Shown: piece by piece, positions 42,498-57,086 of the stretch | How positions within the stretch are numbered: the first letter of the stretch is position 1 | How the letters are laid out: every line of letters starts with the position of its first letter | Assembly: GCF_022539665.2 (NCBI RefSeq) | Contig: NC_081332.1 | Coordinates: 5,952,001-6,016,000, forward strand | DNA length: 64,000 bases | Direction: 5' to 3' | Source of the DNA: Daphnia carinata | Taxonomy: Eukaryota | Notes under the pieces: model-generated | The model's database searches: none | Told to the model about the DNA's origin: nothing | Seen by the model: only the letters and a program-made list of their open reading frames with translations | Position numbers and translations under genes: made by a program

Positions 42498-43313
42498 ATG
42501 AAATTGAATTTGATCGTGGCGATGGCTTCTAATATGGGGATTGGGTTTAAGGGAACAATTCCGTGGCGGTTGAAGTATTAAATTTCGTTCTTTCGCTAAT
42601 CATTTGGTACTCAGGGATCTAATTTTCTACCATGAACTTCTGACGTGTTTATTTTTCAGAAAGGACATGTCATTGTTTGCAAAGTTGACAAAATGGACAA
42701 AAGACAATAACAAAAGAAATGCAGTTATTATGGGGAGGCGAACATGGGAATCAATTCCAGAAAGAAATCGGCCGCTTCCCAACAGACTCAACATTGTTTT
42801 GTCAGAATCTCAGCAACAGATGTAATGACTGCAAAATCATCATCATACAGCAATTTTGGGTTAAACTTTTATTTTAATAACCAGTGACAATACCTTAACA
42901 TGTAAAAGCCTGGAATCTGCATTACAGCTTCTTCAGGAACCTCTCTATCTCAAACAAATTGAAAATATCTGGATAATAGGAGGGGCCTCTGTGTATAAAG
43001 TAAAAATTGCCTTTAAAACATTAGACACTGTGTGTTAATATTCATATCTGGGCCTCTTATCTTCAGGAAGCAATGGATCACCAATCTTGCCATCGTATAT
43101 ATGTAACACATATATTGGAGAATTTCGAGTGTGATGTGTTTATGCCAGCAATAGATCCAAGAAAATTTCGATTAGTGAGGTACTAAGTTCAAAAATTTTG
43201 AGTATATTTTATTTTATGTTCTAAAAACACATTCTAGTGATCCCATGGTACCTCAAGATACAGAAGAAGAAAACGGTATTGCTTTCAAGGTGAAAGTTTA
43301 CGAGAAAGTTTAA
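42498..43313 (+). CDS. DHFR: Dihydrofolate reductase (five exons)
   Basis: [32 protein letters not shown]...[26 protein letters not shown]...[14 protein letters not shown]...[17 protein letters not shown]...[18 protein letters not shown]. Confidence 0.97.
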
Positions 43314-43581
43314 ACGCCTCTGAATATCTATTTCCTGAAATTTAAAAAAATGCGCCATTCCTTTCCCCCGTTGTCAGCTTGGCGATAGGGATAAAATAAA
43401 AACTCATTTATTTTGAAAGTGAAATTATTCTATTAATAACAATGGCTGATGAATAATATGAAAACGATTTTATTATGAAAGTTTGTTGTTTGAAACTTAA
43501 ACTATAATTGTATACAAAAATTTGGACAAAGGAAACTGACAGATTAAACGCCAGCGGCGTGGAGATGGGACGCTAGCCAAG

Positions 43582-44227
43582 ATGAATCTTCTTGGAAAAC
43601 TCGTCATCGTGCTCGTGTTAAGTATGTGTTTTTTATTATTTTTTAAAATACAGTATTACTTTAAATCTAATGAACGTTTTGTTCATCAATTTGTGTAGTC
43701 TCTTCGATAAATGAAATCGTAGAGAGTGCTCCCGGGCGTGGAGGTGGAGGCCGTGGAGGAGGAAGTAGCAGTGGTGGAGGCAAAAGCAACAGTTCGACAG
43801 GAGTAAAGCGTTCCGGATATTATCTTCATGGAGGGCTTTATCCTGTTAGCAGGACAGTCAAGGAAGCACCAGTAAAAACACCTATTTACAGAGGCATCGG
43901 TGCTTGGGGTATAATAGGAATCATTCTTGGAGTCCTGGTAAAACTATAATATTCATTTATGCATTCGTAATTATCTTCTATGTTGTGTTATTTCTATGAA
44001 CCTATTAGGGATTGTGCTGTGGCATTTACTATGCTCTATATCTGTGTGATTTACATCAAAGAACAGAAAATTATTCATCAAATCTGGGTGCTCAAGTTCC
44101 TCATTTGCTAACAGATAAACCTAAACCAGAGGAAAATGGAAATGGAAACATTCCCATGACTGACAAGAATGAACTTGTCAAGACAAATTCTATGAAAAAT
44201 GGGCTTAACAGTGAAGTCTTCCTATGA
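43582..44227 (+). CDS. Small uncharacterised type I membrane protein with signal peptide and Gly/Arg-rich N-terminus (three exons)
   Basis: Exons 43582-43621, 43699-43937 and 44009-44227 join in phase: MNLLGKLVIVLVLISSINEIVESA-PGRGGGGRGGGSSSGGG...GIGAWGIIGIILGVLGLCCGIYYALYLC...SEVFL. Confidence 0.75.
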
Positions 44228-44904
44228 AATGTTTCTCATTCAAATTACATTCAACATTTTGTTCATGTCTTGGGCCCAATGAAGATCTTCCTTTTGTCTT
44301 TTATTTTTTGGTTCTTTTCACTTTGCAGTTCACAGTTGCCTTTCATGTGACTACTGACTTTTTCTGTTTTGTCTTCCCTTGCTCATTCCTTTTTATACTA
44401 CCGAACAATATACATTTTTAGGTAATACTGCGTACAACTTCGTTCCATATTTAGATACTGCTGCAAGAGAACTTTTTTCTCCGCTTTCTGAGCTCACCAT
44501 TATGGTTTAGACAAGAGCGTTTTTTTGCGTTTTGCAAGTTTTAAATATGGTGTACGAAATTTTGATTTGATATTCAAATTGATATTTTTCTCTTACTACA
44601 GGCGTTACGGTTTTTTTTATACTCAACTGAATGTTTGGATGAAATTTTATTAAATAATATATTAACAATTTCATTCAGAGTGTAAAATGGGTTAAATTCA
44701 AAAATGACAACCTTTCTTCGAGCAGACGAAAGCTACGTAGTGGCAGAAGGGCGTAAGACAACGGATAGGAAAAGAAATACAGCATTCAACAAGTTTATAT
44801 GCGAGATGAAAACAAACCCGGAAGTGGTATTTCAGAGAAAGTAGATGACAGGAAGGAAAGAAATGAAGTAGAACGAGCAAAATCTCAGGATTACCATACA
44901 CAAG

Positions 44905-47174
44905 ATGCTTGGAAAATTGAATCAGCGGCTAAAAAGGAGATCAGAAAGTGGACAGTACAATGATTTAGACGGAGAGTCCAGCATAGCTAATGATGGCAGA
45001 TCAACATCGCCTTTTAGCAATTCGTTTGGTTTCTTGGGTGGTGATAGTGGGAATGGGGGACTGTTAGGATCTGCAATTGAAATGAGTGCTGCTGGCGCAG
45101 GAGTCGTTCCTGATGGTAAACAATTTTAAAAACTTGAAACTACCCGTAAACAGCATAATTGACCTTTTTCTTTCAGACACATTTACTGTTGACCAAGCAG
45201 TTAATGCCACCGGCTTTGGACGGTTCCAGGTTAAGTTGTCACTTATCACTGGTCTTTCTTGGATGGCTGACTCCATGGAGATGATGATATTGTCGATAAT
45301 ATCCCCTGCATTAAAATGTGATTGGAGGTTACCTGACTGGAAGCAAGCTCTAATTACTACAGTATGTTTGATTTGTGTGATTTCATGATTTCGTCCCTGA
45401 AATAGTATTTGTTGGCACATCACTTACAATTAAACTTTAACTGTTTAATTTTTAGGGTGTCTTCCTTGGAATGATGATGAGTGCAGTTTTTTGGGGCCAG
45501 CTCAGTGATAAATATGGGAGAAAAAAGGTAGCCCCTTTTGCTTCATATGTTTTGATTTCCAATTTGTTGATATTTCTGTTCCATAGGCTTTAGCTTTGTC
45601 TGCTGTTTTGTTGAGTATTTTTGGTTTATTAAGCTCTTTCTCGCCAACGTTTTTCTGGATTTTACTTTTACGTTTGCTGGTCGGCTTTGCTATTGGATGT
45701 ACCCCGCAATCGTACGAAAAGATTTTTTTTTTCGTGTGTACTGGAACATTTCAGTTACAATGCTTTTCGTTTCTTCGGCCAGGGTGACATTGTATGCAGA
45801 ATTTCTTCCAGTACAACAAAGAGGAAAATGCGTCGTTTTACTCGATGTAGGTTTACAGTTTCTTATCAAACCCAACCATAGTGCACTGATTTTTGGGGTT
45901 GTTTATGTTTTGTAATTATTGTTTTTTTTTTGTTTTTTTTTTAGAGTTTCTGGGCGTTAGGAGCTTGCTTTGAAGTTTTATTGGCTCTGATCATCATGCC
46001 GACATTGGGATGGCGCTGGCTTTTGGCATTGTCGACCGTTCCGGTTTTTGTGTTCACTCTCGTGTGCGCGGTACAGCAAATTGTTCAGTAACATTTCCAA
46101 AAAAAAAGTTATATAAATACTGATTAATTGACAGTGGTTGCCCGAGAGTGCAAGGTTTCTAGCTGCTAATGGACGAACCGAAGAAGCTTTGGCCGTCCTA
46201 CGTCGTATTGCTGAAGAAAATGGAAAGCCTATGCTAGCTGGTCGGCTAATAGTTGACGATCTCACAAGTAGTGACAGTGGAACATCGGCATCGGCAGCCT
46301 CGCCGTCGGTTCCTGGAAATGGTGATATGAACTCGCTTGTGTCGTTGTCCTCAGATTTACGCTGGAAGAGCCCGTTGCAGCGCTTACTGTCGCCAGAATT
46401 GAAACTGACATCACTGCTCCTTTGGTTCATCTGGTTGGCTTGTGCTTTCTGCTATTATGGTATGGTACTCATGTCAACTGAACTGTTGGCTGGTGCTGCC
46501 CTTGCTGAAGAAGAAGGCGATTGTCTTAACCGAAATCGTGGTGGTAATTCTACGAGTCGCGAAGACTGTTCGGCTGGTTGTCGAGTTCTTACCAGCGCTG
46601 ACTATACCGACCTCCTGTGGACCACACTTGCAGAGTTTCCTGGTGAAGAATTATTTTTACTCTTGAAAATATGACATTATTGACTAATGTTCCTATCAAA
46701 GGCATCGTCGTGACGCTAGTTGTGATCGAGTTTCTTGGCCGGAAAAAAACCATGGCTTTGGAGTTCCTTATCTTCAGCCTCACCGTCTTCCTCATTATGA
46801 TTGTGTGCATTTCCAATCGGTCCATGCTTACGGTTATGCTGTTTCTGGCTAGAGGCATCATCAGCGGTGTATTTCAGGCCGCATACGTCTACACGCCAGA
46901 AGTCTACCCTACATATCTGCGTTCCGTAGGAATTGGCGTTTGCAGTGGAATGGCTCGGTTAGGAGCCATGGTGACACCCTTCGTCGCTCAGGTACGGGAA
47001 CGAACAATACGAATGTTGTTCCCATCTAGCTAATTTTGTTGTAAATTTATTGTTCAGGTGTTAGTTCAGGATTCGCTAAATGTGGCCATAGGACTTTATG
47101 GCAGTGTATCTCTCTTGGCCATGGTGGCGTCCTTGTGTTTACCGATTGAGACCAAAGGACGAGCAATGGGCTAA
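44905..47174 (+). CDS. SVOP: SV2-related protein SVOP (MFS)
   Basis: [109 protein letters not shown]. The luminal loop is short and lacks pentapeptide repeats. Confidence 0.95.
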
Positions 47175-47689
47175 TTTTGATTATGCGATCTACTTTCGTA
47201 TTCCGTCCTTTCCGTCTTAACCAATCACGATGCGATAACTAATATTTAACCAGTATCTTTCTTCTTAGGGCACAGTGCAATAAGGTATTTTAAGTTAACC
47301 AAGATATATGCAAACTATGAAATGTTGGTATTTTATTTCATGTTTATGACAAAAATTGATTTAATATTACGCTTTATCCTTCAATGCAATTCCAGAAGCC
47401 CCCTTTACTAAGTTAACTCGTTTTCCAAGATTACCTTTCAAGGCTCATCCAAGAACAGGATCACTACAGGCGACCACTGACTTGTATTTTCGTAATACAT
47501 TTAACAGTTCAAAACTTGCGTGGGGTGTCGCATGATTTTGCTACGGTGACAAAAACTTAATGTTGTCAAGCCTGAAATGCCGCCAATACGTGCCAAACAA
47601 GACTGCTTGCCAATTCGACGATATTTTGAAATGACTTTTTATTATTGAAATTCAATGAAACGTGTAACTAGATACTCCTATAAATGGGT

Positions 47690-49942
47690 TCACTTCTTCC
47701 CTGCGGCAGCCTTTTCGCTTTTCTCCCGGCCCTTTCTCCCCTCAGTGAGAAGCATCCGCTCATCTTCTTTCAGACGTGGATTAATTTTGGTGACAACACC
47801 TGTTCCCAACGTCAAGACACCATCACGTAAGGTAAAGCGTTGGCCTTGTTCTACAACCATGGGTTTCAGCAAACACAGTCTGAGCCTGAGACAAAAGAAA
47901 GAGGACAGAGGTTATACAAGCCCAAATATCTTTGAAAAAATGGGTTACTTGGTATCCTCTCCAGGCATCGCCATCTCCTTTCCAATTAGGCTAACTTGAG
48001 CGGCGCAATCCCAAGTCTTCGAAAACATTTGCATTTGGATGAATGAGGTGAAAGGTTTGGATCGGCCTCCTTCGTCCTTATTCAGAACGTACACCTTACG
48101 TGTTCAAATAGAGAAAGTTGAGATTGAAGAATTCAGAAATGCACCAAACTGAAAGTAGCCTACCTGGGCTTCCAAATCATCATGTGCTTTCATAGTTCCA
48201 GGCTTTGCCATCACCATTCCTCGGCGGATGTCATCGCGTTTGACACCACGTACCAGGGCTCCTAGCTGATCTCCGGCTTGGGACTCCTCCAGAATTTGAT
48301 GAAACATTTCAATTCCTGTAGGCAGTTACAAAACGGTATATAGTATTTTTAAGTTTTTTTTTAATAATTGCTCTTTCTGAATAGACCTGTAATTGTTGTT
48401 TTGATGGTTTTGCTGTAGCCGACAAACTCGCATTCCGTTCCCTTCTTTACGACACCACGTTCCAAACGACCAGTTACGACAGTTCCTCGACCGGGGATCG
48501 AATAGACATTTTCGACGGGCATAAGGAAAGGTTTGTCCAAATCACGGACAGGCGTGGGAATATAGGAATCGACAGCTGCCATAAGTTTCTGAATGGCGTT
48601 AACACCTGCAAAAATGGGAAGATGTTACCGTTAACTCCGAAAGAATATTTGGCCAAACTAACTGACCAATTTCAGGATTTCGCCCTTCAAGGGCACATAA
48701 GGCTGAGCCGGCGATAAATGGAACATTGTCACCATCATAGCCAATTTGGGACATAAGTTCACGGATTTCCATTTCAACTAATTCAACCATTTCTTGATCA
48801 GCAGCATCGACCTACACAAAACGGATTTTTAGATTACGTCAAAAAGAACAGAAAAGAAACTCAATTTTGAGTGAAAAACCTTGTTAATGAAAACAACTAT
48901 GTGCTCTACGCCGATCTGCTTCGCAAGAAGCAAGTGTTCCCTGGTTTGTGGCATAGCACCATCGGTAGCTGCGACAACCAGAATGGCTCCGTCCATTTGA
49001 GCCGTTCCAGTAATCATGTTCTATGAAGAAATGATAAACCTAAACTCCACGTCTTAGACAAAATGCCAAATAGGTTGTTTTCTATACTTTAATGTAATCT
49101 GCGTGGCCTGGGCAATCGGTATGTCCATAATGGCGATTTTCCGTCATGTATTCAACATGAGCAACATTTATAGTAATACCTCTGGCTCTTTCTTCAGGTG
49201 CATTGTCAATTTCATCATATCGTTTAGCTTTGGCCATAGCTTTCTCCGAAAGCACTAATTACAATTTCAAATAAGATATTAGGTTTAGTTAGGTTGAATT
49301 GATTGGATACACACCTGTTGTAATTGCTGCAGTGAGTGTAGTTTTGCCATGATCTACATGGCCAATGGTGCCAATATTACAATGGGGTTTATCTCTTTGA
49401 AAAACTTTTTTTTCTGTAGGAGCTGCTAGCAATCTTGAAGAAATGGACAGAGATCTTTTGGAGAGGAGGCAGGTTGATCTAGCAATTAAAATGTGTCCCA
49501 TGGGTGCCAACAGCCCAGTCTGACGGCTGAACTGTCGAAGACATTGCTTTGGTGCAGAGGAGAGACCTAAAAGCAAACAGTATAAATGTTATGCAATGCA
49601 TTTTACCTAAGCTTAGTAGAATGTAGAACTTATGGAACAGCCTTACAGAGGGCCATACTACTAATTGTAAGTGTACAATGAGAAGATAGAAACGGCTGTT
49701 TCACGGCTACAAAATATAAAATTTCACTAAATACATGTTATTCTAACGCACGTGACACCGGCAACTTGCTTGAAACACTAAAAAATCAATTTTTCATTTA
49801 ATTATTTTATTCTTGCTTTAAGCTCGAACAGTTCTTTGTAAAACTAACATTTCGAAAGTTAAGAAGTGATCACGTAATGTAAAATATAATAATATATCTT
49901 ACCTCGGGAGAAAAGAATTCTGCTTGTTACGGAGGTCGCCAT
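47690..49942 (-). CDS. TUFM: Mitochondrial elongation factor Tu
   Basis: First exon 49942-49903 ([13 protein letters not shown], transit-peptide-like) splices in phase to GLSSAPK...; [73 protein letters not shown]. Confidence 0.97.
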
Positions 49943-51834
49943 AGCTAAAAACAGCGCACTCTGTTTCTTCAAAAACGCCATCTAATGATGACTTTACGTA
50001 AATGCCTAAGGCAGCAATCCAAAGTATGAACAAACTCTAAAGCTAAAGAGAAACCTCTGTTCCGATTCAAATAATCGAATAAAAAATCTCCCACTTATGC
50101 AAAATGGAAGGCGAAAAATGATTCTAACGAGCGTGGAGAGAAAGTGTCACGAAATGTAGAGTTTGCTCACCTTTTTTGTCTCATTATTACGAATTTGAAA
50201 AAAACAGCCCGAGTGCAGTCCCGCATGTATATTTTTATTCTGTTCATTTGCAAACAAGTACATTGCGACCTTCGACTAATGTCGATGCCCGAAAACGAGT
50301 ACGGGAATAGAGTTTCACAAATTGAAAAAAGAAAGAATCGCTCAAAAAAAGACCAATCTCCACCCCTTGCCACGGGAGAACGAATCAACGTCGGGGTTAC
50401 ACGATCATGCTAACGGAGTTTACGAATTCGAAACAGCGTAGCGTTACGGGACGGCTATTGGTCTTCTCCCCAAGGTCAGAGAAGGTGAAGAGGTGTGGGG
50501 TTCGGGATTGAAAAGATGAGCACACTTACGTGGGAGCAAGTAGTATGGCGTTCGTCCTGCCACCTAACAGTGAATTCCTGCGCTGAAAAAAAATCAACAA
50601 CTACTTTTATTTAAAGGGATTTGTAGGCTGCATAATAGACATACAATGGATGACAGGTAATGAACGATTTTTAGAATTATTTTTTTCTGTGTGAAGTAAC
50701 TTATACAACCATGCTATGACTTGTAAAAACCCAACCTTTTCAGTAAAAACTGGCCCTCAAACTAAACTAAAATATTCTAACTTAATGAAAAACCAAAGGT
50801 TTAAATGAAGTGATTGCCTTTCTTTGTTTTATAACATACATTGCATAATTGAAAAGGTATTATTTTACGTGTAACCGCCATCTATCCTCCCTCTAAAAAA
50901 TAAACCTGCCTCTAGGTGGCGTGTGCGAACAACTTTCACGATTCTCAGTAGGGTGGAAACTGTATGTCTCTGGGAAAGAACAACCAGAGGCCATATAGCC
51001 TAGTGCATTCTTAATATTTTCCACGCAGACAGTTGACCGAGCCGCTCCAAGACACAAGCTACGGCTAGGCAGCTGGACAGTTTTTGTTGTAATAGGAATA
51101 CAGGAAGAAGCTGAACTCGCTCAGAAATAAATGTGGGATGCGGAATTATTTGTGACTAGTGCCTCTACACAATCGGTCGATAATGCTCGTACGTAACGAG
51201 ACACAAACAAGACTAGACGTCTAAATGTGGGACGCTTAATGTGTTCGAACGAAGCAGACCACGCTTTGGTCGTCGCATCTTTCAGTTTTTGTGTCTGCTA
51301 CAGTTGTTATCACTCAGTTGATTACTGGATTCAATATTCTTGGCGAAATACTAGTCTTCCCGTTCGGCCAATTCGGAAAACATGGCCGGTTATGCAGTAA
51401 AACTTTGAAGAGAGAAAGAAGCCATCCTTAGTATGTGTTGTTTGCACACACCGAAGTTGGATTGAGTGCCGTTGGACTCGTCCCCCCTCGAGTTTGACAA
51501 GTTCGTTGACCTACGTGCTACATATGTGTGACGTTTGTATTGCCTTTCACTCTCTCCTTACCGTTGTTGCGTAAAACCCATGAACCGTCAGAAATACTTA
51601 AATTTCTAGTGAAAACTGTGAAATCGAAAGAGTGCAACAGAGTGTACGTCCTCAGTTTGAGGGTCCAGTCGAAACGGCTCAGGGCTTGACCTCAATTTCG
51701 GCGTTTTTGTGAGCTGGCTTGCTGCTGCTGGCACACAATATACACGAAAAACCCGTCGAGCCGGCTTCTATAGTTGTTCAGCCATTTCAACCCGAAAAAA
51801 GACCTGGTGTTCAAAGGGTTCGTGCTCTCCTACG

Positions 51835-54800
51835 ATGGAGAACGGCAATGGAATAGACAGCTGTAACAAAGCAGAAGTGAACTCTGAGAAAAAGGCTGAA
51901 ACTATTGTTATCATGGCATTGGAAGAAGGAAAGCCAGCGTCGGATTATGGCTTGGCTGGCGACAAACCGAAAATGTACACTGTTGACAACGACAAAGACT
52001 CGTCACCCAATCAAAATGTTGAATTACCCGAAGCCGTTACTGCAGAAGAGAACGTGGAATTGAAAGATTCGCCTATCGAAAAAACAACAAACGAAGAAGA
52101 CGAGGTTAAGCAAAACGGGGATGTTGCCGAATCGGCAAACAACGTTCTAACAATCAAGGTGGAGCCTAAACCAATAGAAACGGTTGAAGAGAAACCGTTA
52201 TCACCGCCCCCGGAGAAGACGAGTGCGGAGGCGTCAGACGAAAAAGCCAAAGAAGCGCCGGTGGTAGAGGCCAAACAGGAGATGATTGAAGAAGAAATGC
52301 AAGAGGAAAATGACAAGAAAAACCTCGGCGACATGGAGATTGAGGATCAACAGTCGTCGACTTCATCCTCCCCGTCGGCCTTGCACATCCATTTGGACGA
52401 TGAGGACAAGGACGAGTCCTTGAATGGTAATGAGATGTTCTGATTCGTCCAACTATCGCTGACCTTGCTCACGATGACTTTTTCCGATTAACTACCTTGA
52501 ACGAATATGTCTCTATCATTCTCTTTTTTATTTAAATTGAAACTAGACAAGGACAAGGAAACGGTAGACCCTTCACTACCTCTGATCAGCAACGTGGTCA
52601 GTCTCTCGTCGATCGCGTCATCATCGTCATCTCTGACGCCTCCGCCTCCTACCCAGTCTCATCATTCACCGTCTACACAACCTCCTTCGCCCACACCTTC
52701 GGCCGAATCAGGAAATAGCAGCGTTCGTCGAACGACACTCCGCTTTAAACGCGGCATAGAAATCAGTTTCGATGTTGATCAAAACGGCCAACCCGTTACA
52801 GTCAATAATCACGAAACGGCAGCAATGCCTTCGGCCTCGTCTGAAGAACCTCGACAGTAATTAACACGTTGCCCCCTCATGTGTAGTTTTGTTTTTTCTA
52901 TTTAAATTTCCTGTGCTTTTTTTGTGTGCAGGAAACGCGGGCGTATAGACGATGAGGACGAAGAAGATACAAATCAGCCGGATGTATCCGACTTGGATGC
53001 CGAGGCAACGAACAACGTTTTGTCGTCTGTCCAAAAAGACATCCGCACCCTACGTTTCATGGCCAAACAAAAAGAGAAAGAGTGGAACTACATTTTGAAG
53101 TTGATGAAGGTCAAAGAAGAGCTTCAAGCCAAATTGATGAGAAGAAAAGAAGTGTTGAAAATCACTTCATCCAGCAGCCGAAAAATTCAACCCAACTCCA
53201 GCCAAATCCATACGGTGGCTCAAACTCATATTCCACCGCAACAACAATCGAGTGCAGCCAATTTGCAGACTCTCATAAACCACTCATTTAACGCAATGAT
53301 GGGCAAATCGTCAGGCCCGTCAAAAAGTATCATGCCCAACAGCCCTGCGATGAACCATCAACAATCGCAACAACTTATCCAACAACAGCAGCTCCACCAT
53401 CAACAAATTCAACAACAGCAACTACATCAACATCAGCTCCAACAGCAAGCCAAATTGAACCGCCAACGACCAATTTTGCCAAAGCCCAGCATGCAAATCC
53501 ATCCGGAGGTTCAAATGTGGAATCAGCAACAGAACCAGCAGCAAAGTCAACACCACCATCATAATAATCATAACAGCTCGAATCAGCAACATCATCATCA
53601 CCATCATCATAACACGGTAGTCGATTCAGCTGTGGGTGCGTGTGCGGATTCGCAGGCTGATGCTCGGAATCGCCAAGGCACAGTTAGCGTTCAATCCCTC
53701 ATTGCCGACTACAGAGCCAAACATCCTGAAGAAATACCCACTCGAGGAAGACGAATCCGCCAACCTTCCAGGATTTGTAACGATCCCAACTCGTCGAGTA
53801 GTCCACCTCCAAATTCACAACCCGGTGGCCAGGAGGGTGCAAACATGAGTTTCAAGGTGACCCACAAAGTCACAATTAGAATATTTTTCTAAATGCTTGC
53901 CAGTCCGGTTCTTATTTCAAATTTTAACGATCTCCCCCTTTTTTTTCTTACAGGACGTACTGCTCCAGTTCGCCAAAATGAGCAGCCGCCAAGGTCACCC
54001 TAATCCCGTGGATATGATCCAAGTGGGAAAAGAGTCACCCGGTACATCTGGAAATAGCGCCATGGGAGCGGGAAGCAGTGGTAGTAGCAGCGCGGCAGCT
54101 TTACAAAGTCTGGCTGCTGCTCGTAATGCGCGCAGCAGCCCACATGCGGCCGCTTTATCCGCCGGATCTATACTCCAAAGCGCGCTCAGTGGCAGCCGCT
54201 CTAACCCCAATTTTGCTCCAACGTTGGCCCAGCTGCTCACCAATCCGGCCAACGAGCAACAACAGCAACTTCCTCAGCAGTCACCGTTAGGTGGCAACCA
54301 GCCAACAGTTTCAATTCCAATTGCAACAGCCTCTTCCTCCGCATCTTCGGCGGCCGTTGCGGCCGCTGCAGCAGCAGCATCTGTGGCTTCATCGGCTGAA
54401 GTCTTAACTCTGTCCAACCTATTAGCCACTGCCAGGGTACTTGAAAATTTCAATTTGTATTAGATTTCACAGACATGTTTCATGTTACAAATCTTATGGG
54501 TTACAGGGCCATGTGACTATCACGTCTGAACGATCCGATCTCACCAATGACGACGTCACAGTTGTGGTAATATTTCAAACGTGAAATTAGATCATTTTCA
54601 GCCTGAATGCTAACGCTTTTATTCCCTTTCCGAACTGTGCAGGGCGGTTCAACTTCCGGCGGCCGGAATGTGTCATCCAATAATGGCAACTACTTGCGGA
54701 CGAGCGGTGGTAGCGAAGTGCCAAAGTGTCAAGGTTGTAATGAGCGGGTGGCGCAATTTGTCTGCGCCGGATGCTCGAGCCAATGGTATTGCAGTCGAGA

Positions 54801-54947
54801 ATGTCAGGTACTGTGCTTCGTTTGCCCACGTGAACGACAGCTAGAATATTTTTTTTTTTTAATTAATCAAACACTGACTCGTTTCGCGTTTTTTTTTAAC
54901 GCTAGGTGGCTGCCTGGGAGGAGCATTCTGAACATTGCGTAGGTTAA
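51835..54947 (+). CDS. Low-complexity (acidic, Gln/His, Ala/Ser-rich) protein with coiled coil and C-terminal MYND finger
   Basis: Consecutive in-phase exons from MENGNGIDS; coiled coil IRTLRFMAKQKEKEWNYILKLMKVKEELQAKLMRRKE; final CQGCNERVAQFVCAGCSSQWYCSRECQ/VAAWEEHSEHCVG-TAA. Confidence 0.85.
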
Positions 54948-56754
54948 ACTTGACGTGAGACAATACCAAAATTCAAAGGACAATTCCATCCACACCAGGG
55001 TGAGGACGTAAGGACTGAAAAAAGAAAAAGAAAATTTATATTTTTTAATAGAAATGAAAAGATTCAAGAATGTATCAGTGCAAAAGCCGTCGAGTCGGCC
55101 ATCATCAGTTTACTGGTTTTTGTTTCGAATGAAAACGAAATGTTGTCTACATATCCACTTTTTAAATGTGTTTCGATTGACACGCTATTATGTTGCGTAT
55201 TACGTCAATCGTAATGCTCAGTTTATTTTCTGCCATTTGATTTTTTTTTCTTTAAAAGAAATATTATTTTCTTTTTTGAGTTATAAGATAGAGGGGGAGA
55301 GAAAGAGACATTTGTTTCGGCTAGTCACTACTAAAAAAAAATTTATCTATCTCTTCTGTTAATCCTTGATTCTTATGTTTCATAGCATCACGCATTTTTC
55401 TTTACCATCCATCCCTGTTGACATATTCCGCCACGACTTCCCTTTTCAAAAATCCCCGGTTGCATTAAAAATTAAGTTGTCTTAATTTCTTTTTTGTTTC
55501 ACATTGTTTTCGGCTTATGCATATTATGCCGTATCATGACGATTTAATGAGTTTTTTTCTTTTACAAAAATAAAAGTTCAATCAATTTCCAGCATTATTG
55601 GGTCATAAATTTTTTTTTCTTTACACAAGTGTTGAAATATCATGGCGAAATGTGTGTCAAAACCTGTTTCCTCCCTGTACACGCGTCAAAAGGCCAGGTG
55701 CGTACCACGATCAAATTGGTATATAGCACGAAAAGTTTTGGACATTTACAGCACACTACTGTTTAGGCTAACCCTCCGTATGTGTGTGTGCACAGATGGG
55801 GAATTAAATGAAAGTTGGGGGTAACGTAAACAGAGTGGAAACACCTGCGAGTGCCAGATGAACCCCATCCATAGGTAGGACAGGCTAAAGTTCAGTTGTT
55901 TTTTTATTATTGGTTTAATTTTAACTTTTTCACAAACGTGAAGGAATTTAAGTTCACATGTTAGAACAAAATGCTACGAATCCGGAAGTAATGAGATGAC
56001 GCTTTGTCTCGATCGATTTTTGCGACATTTCACTTGTTGACGATTTGGTTATTGCGCGTTGTCATGTCACCAGCATTGATTAGTAGCTGAATAAGGATAT
56101 TGAATTTTTTATCTCCGTGGAAACTTGTCTTTTATTGCTAAGAGCATACGTCTATACGGCGAGGAAACTTGCAATCTCCTTGGAAACTCGTTTTGTCTGC
56201 TATTACGTTCGATAATGCAGTTGTACAAGTCTGTTGCTTCTCTGTAATGCCATTGCTGGAATGGGAGTGTCTTTGGTTGATTTTTGTTAAGACTGAAGAA
56301 GAAAGATGTGTTTGCAGCAATGTAGCCGAATATTTCGGGTACGGCTTTTATCTTTAATGGCTGGCATTGCCATCATTTTTATTTTAACGCATCAAAAATT
56401 GCAGTATTCTTTTGGAAAATAAGCACTTAATTCAGATCGAATAACGACTGAGTTTAAGGTCAAGAGTCCAGATAGGTTATGTAGTCTAGGTCATGATAAA
56501 AGTTTTTCCATCATCATTTCGCGATCGTATTAAATTACAGCATGGTTACCGATCGTATGACAAGGCAGTTAAAAAGTTGTTTTGAATTTCGTTCCTCACG
56601 CTAGGCTTTTGCATCTGCCAAGAGGAAATAGGCAACCCTACTAACAAGCAAAAGTTATCGTTAGAAAATTCGTCTAATGCACAATAAACATAAAAAGTGG
56701 GAGTATCCAATGACAGTACGCCCCAGCCGTATTCGTAGAGTGCTAAGTCGCAGT

Positions 56755-56779
56755 GCACACACACACACACACACACACA
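56755..56779. repeat. (CA)n microsatellite
   Basis: About 12 consecutive CA units read directly. Confidence 0.9.
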
Positions 56780-57086
56780 TGTAACATATTTATACACACA
56801 CATACGCCCGGAGTGATGGGGAGCTCAGTTATTGGTTCTCTGATTATATACGAGTAGTTATGTCTATACTACATATACGGCAACCGAGCTCATATAAAGC
56901 CGCTCCGTCCGGCAACCAAGCAACACATTTCCCATCCAACCGTTCCCAACTTAGGACGGCTACACAGTATATCCACACTCTCTCTCTGGCTCTTCCTCGC
57001 ACTTATATAGTCCACTATTCCGCCCTTGTCGTCGTCATCAGGCATTCCAATAAGGGGGTGGGGAGGAGAAAACTGGTTGGAACGAG

